A DNA stretch of 64,000 nt from a virus (lineage: Duplodnaviria; Caudoviricetes). A program made the translations under genes and the position numbers. Numbering within the stretch: position 1 is the stretch's first letter; every line of letters begins with the position of its first letter. Of this stretch, positions 62,016 through 64,000 are shown piece by piece. Under the pieces are notes generated by a model. It saw only the letters and a program-made list of their open reading frames with translations, did no database searches and was not told where the DNA came from. The stretch is taken from positions 234 to 64,233 of the IMG/VR virus record IMGVR_UViG_3300030104_001945; one strand, written 5' to 3'.

Positions 62016-62453
62016 ATGGATAACATTATAGAATTTTCTGAGGTCGAGAATAAGATTTTATCAGACAAAGAAAAAAAGTTCGTCAATAACATTATAGCAG
62101 GTTTAACCAAGAAAAGAGCGGCATTAGAAGCTGGTTATGCCGAATCGTCAGCTCACGTACAAGCCACCCGCCTACTAAAGAAGGATAAAATCCTGAGGGC
62201 GGTGAGCCGAGGGCGGGCGGTCCATGCCCAACAGTCCATTCACACTCTCGACAAGGAGGTTGAGAAGCTGGACGTGTTGTATGAGGCGGCAGTTGCGAAG
62301 AAGCAACTCGGAGCAGCGGTGCAGGCTGCACGGTTGAAGGCCCAACTCTTGGGGTACTTGGTTGAGAAGAAAGAAGTCAAACACTCCGTCCTTGACACGA
62401 TGAGTGATGATGAGTTGATCACCTACCTTGACAAGTTAGCCTCCGCAGGTTGA
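62016..62453 (+). CDS. terS: Terminase small subunit
   Basis: LSDKEKKFV...AALEAGYAESSAHVQATRLL HTH typical of TerS; GGAGG before ATG 62016. Confidence 0.85.
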   Translation: MDNIIEFSEVENKILSDKEKKFVNNIIAGLTKKRAALEAGYAESSAHVQATRLLKKDKILRAVSRGRAVHAQQSIHTLDKEVEKLDVLYEAAVAKKQLGAAVQAARLKAQLLGYLVEKKEVKHSVLDTMSDDELITYLDKLASAG

Positions 62454-62600
62454 GTGTTGTTGCGGGATGCAGGCGGCATCAGCCTTCCTCCACCGTCCTC
62501 CGCCCGCTAGGCGGCGGTAGGATGCGGCGTGAGGCGGAGCCGATTATATATATTTCATCGACCTGGACTCCTAACAAAGTTATTAACATTTATTATTTTT

Positions 62601-62670
62601 AATTGTTTCTTTTTGTTCTAAAAAATCGTATTATAAGCCATAGCAAAAAAGCTATAGAAAGCGAGAACTT
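62601..62670 (+). promoter_or_regulatory. Early-type promoter plus SD
   Basis: TTGTTT...TATTAT(62629), AGAAAGCG. Confidence 0.65.
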
Positions 62671-63057
62671 ATGTCTCAGAATAAAAAATTTCCGACTTCA
62701 CTTAAAGTCCTGGAAAATCGCGCAATTATGTTTCTTTATGTTAATCAAAAGAAACCGTCAGGAAAAGCCTTTGCACGATACGATAAATACAAAACAGCGA
62801 ACAGTATTACAGAAGCCGTGGACCGTGGGTGGACACCGCTAGACATGCAATACGAAACGAAAAGCAATAACCGCTTTAAAAAGTTCGTGACTATGTGTTT
62901 CATCGAGGGTGTCAATATAACGAAAGAAACCAAGGACATCCTAGAGTTCGTTATCAAAAAGAATAGAGAGGTACTCAAAGACCTACCGAAAGCTATTCAA
63001 GAAAAAGCGAAAGCGAACATCGACAAATTCGATAAATTAGCACAATCAATAAAATAA
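62671..63057 (+). CDS. Hypothetical basic protein, paralog of 63429..63824
   Basis: NKKFPTSLKVL, YETKSNNRF, TKETKD match the downstream ORF. Confidence 0.8.
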   Translation: MSQNKKFPTSLKVLENRAIMFLYVNQKKPSGKAFARYDKYKTANSITEAVDRGWTPLDMQYETKSNNRFKKFVTMCFIEGVNITKETKDILEFVIKKNREVLKDLPKAIQEKAKANIDKFDKLAQSIK

Positions 63058-63065
63058 ATAATTAC

Positions 63066-63098
63066 AGGGGGCGTCACACCGGCGCCCTCGTTTTTTTT
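63066..63098 (+). terminator. Intrinsic terminator
   Basis: GGGGGCGTC-ACACC-GGCGCCCTC followed by T8. Confidence 0.8.
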
Positions 63099-63132
63099 AT
63101 TGAGCATTGAGCCACAGCACTCCGCCGCCCTG

Positions 63133-63178
63133 CGGGTGAGTTGAGCATTAAGCTTCGGGTGAGTTGAGCATTAAGCTT
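63133..63178 (+). repeat. Perfect 23-bp tandem duplication
   Basis: CGGGTGAGTTGAGCATTAAGCTT at 63133-63155 and 63156-63178. Confidence 0.95.
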
Positions 63179-63327
63179 CGGTTATATATGCATAAGCATA
63201 TATATAGATAATAAAAAATAGAGATAATATATTATAAAATACTTAAACCAAACTAAAATTTTAACGATTTTATAGTTGTTTATAGTGATTTTACGATAGA
63301 TTATTAATAGATATAGAAAGGAAAATT

Positions 63328-63384
63328 ATGACGATTTTAATTATAATTATCGCTTATTTTATAGTTTTAAGCTTTACTTTTTAA
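63328..63384 (+). CDS. Hydrophobic micropeptide (18 aa)
   Basis: MTILIIIIAYFIVLSFTF with AGAAAGG SD. Confidence 0.5.
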   Translation: MTILIIIIAYFIVLSFTF

Positions 63385-63428
63385 TAAATAATCTATAATA
63401 ATATAGATAGAAAGGAGAAATATAGAAA

Positions 63429-63824
63429 ATGGAAAATAGTAATAAAAATAAAAAATTTCCTTCTTCGCTTAAAGTATTAGCGTCTAATAAAATTCTTTTT
63501 AGATTAATAAATATAAAAAGAGAAAATACTAGATCGTACGATATATTCGAAGAAAGTAAATTTTCGACTACTATTAAAGATTTATTTACTTTAACGAATT
63601 ATCGTAAAGTAGATTATTCTTACGATACTAAAGAGAATAATCGCTTTTCTACTATAAGATTAATAGTAGAAAATAAAAACGATACTAAAGAAAATAAAGA
63701 CGAATTAATTTCTATTATCGAAGAAAATAAAAAGTATTTAAACGATAAAGAAAATAATATTCGTAATAGAAAAGCTATCGAAGAAAATATTTTATTCTTC
63801 GAAGAAAAAATTTCTAATCTTTAA
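63429..63824 (+). CDS. Hypothetical protein encoded without CA/TG/CC/GG dinucleotides
   Basis: AGAAAGGAG SD; protein lacks Q, H, C, W, G and internal M and has a single P; paralog of 62671. Confidence 0.8.
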   Translation: MENSNKNKKFPSSLKVLASNKILFRLINIKRENTRSYDIFEESKFSTTIKDLFTLTNYRKVDYSYDTKENNRFSTIRLIVENKNDTKENKDELISIIEENKKYLNDKENNIRNRKAIEENILFFEEKISNL

Positions 63825-63847
63825 TTACTAAATATATATTTAATAAT

Positions 63848-63883
63848 AAATCTCTCTAATTAATTTTAGAGAGATTTTTTTTT
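63848..63883 (+). terminator. Intrinsic terminator
   Basis: AAATCTCTCTAA / TTAGAGAGATTT plus T-run. Confidence 0.75.
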
Positions 63884-64000
63884 ATTTTTAAAATTAGTAA
63901 TCGAATAAAAAAATAAATCGTATTAAGTTTAATCGTAAAAAAATCGTATAAGTTTCTTTTACGATTTCGAGAAAGTTCGTGGGGTACGACTAAGCTTTAT

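Noticed and set aside
807-62978. Many short minus-strand and alternate-frame ORFs in the track (e.g. 13882-14253, 26497-26904, 51478-52032, 62603-62842)
   Set aside because: They shadow well-supported + strand genes, lack SD sequences and show no recognisable motifs
63133-63178. Mini CRISPR array
   Set aside because: Two repeats are directly adjacent with no spacer, and no cas genes are present
63200-63979. Low-complexity or AT-richness explanation for the missing dinucleotides
   Set aside because: CG, CT and AG are plentiful, similarly AT-rich genes elsewhere contain abundant CA/TG, and the segment encodes an intact paralog with SD and terminator
1-64000. Prophage or integrative element
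   Set aside because: No integrase, repressor or host genes recognised; the entire window is phage-like

Overview
The window is an essentially complete, AT-rich, podovirus-type tailed phage genome, most likely infecting a marine alphaproteobacterium (recurrent AGAAAGG Shine-Dalgarno; gene set reminiscent of HTVC023P-type pelagiphages, an inference). Order: TerL, small basic proteins, portal, GroES, scaffold, capsid, tail and fibre modules, ejection proteins and lysis (1-36.7 kb); a lone minus-strand SNF2 helicase; replication genes interleaved with a DNA-modification cluster (38.4-52.3 kb); many small early genes behind a repeated promoter (52.3-62 kb); TerS and an odd terminal cassette (62-64 kb). 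Two signals stand out and may be linked. (1) A cytosine-hypermodification cluster: UDP-xylose synthase, SAM methyltransferase, C5-methyltransferase homolog with altered SAM motifs, MazG-like pyrophosphatase, T4 BGT-like glycosyltransferase, dNMP kinase, and a thymidylate-synthase homolog carrying the dCMP-specific Asp. This predicts xylosylated hydroxymethylcytosine DNA. (2) A terminal segment of about 0.78 kb almost devoid of CA, TG, CC and GG (zero in 63461-63979 by my reading). It encodes a recoded paralog of the neighbouring gene and lies next to GC- and TGAG-rich blocks. I infer a modification-free gene island that may bootstrap expression of a hypermodified genome. All calls are by eye from motifs; no database search was run.
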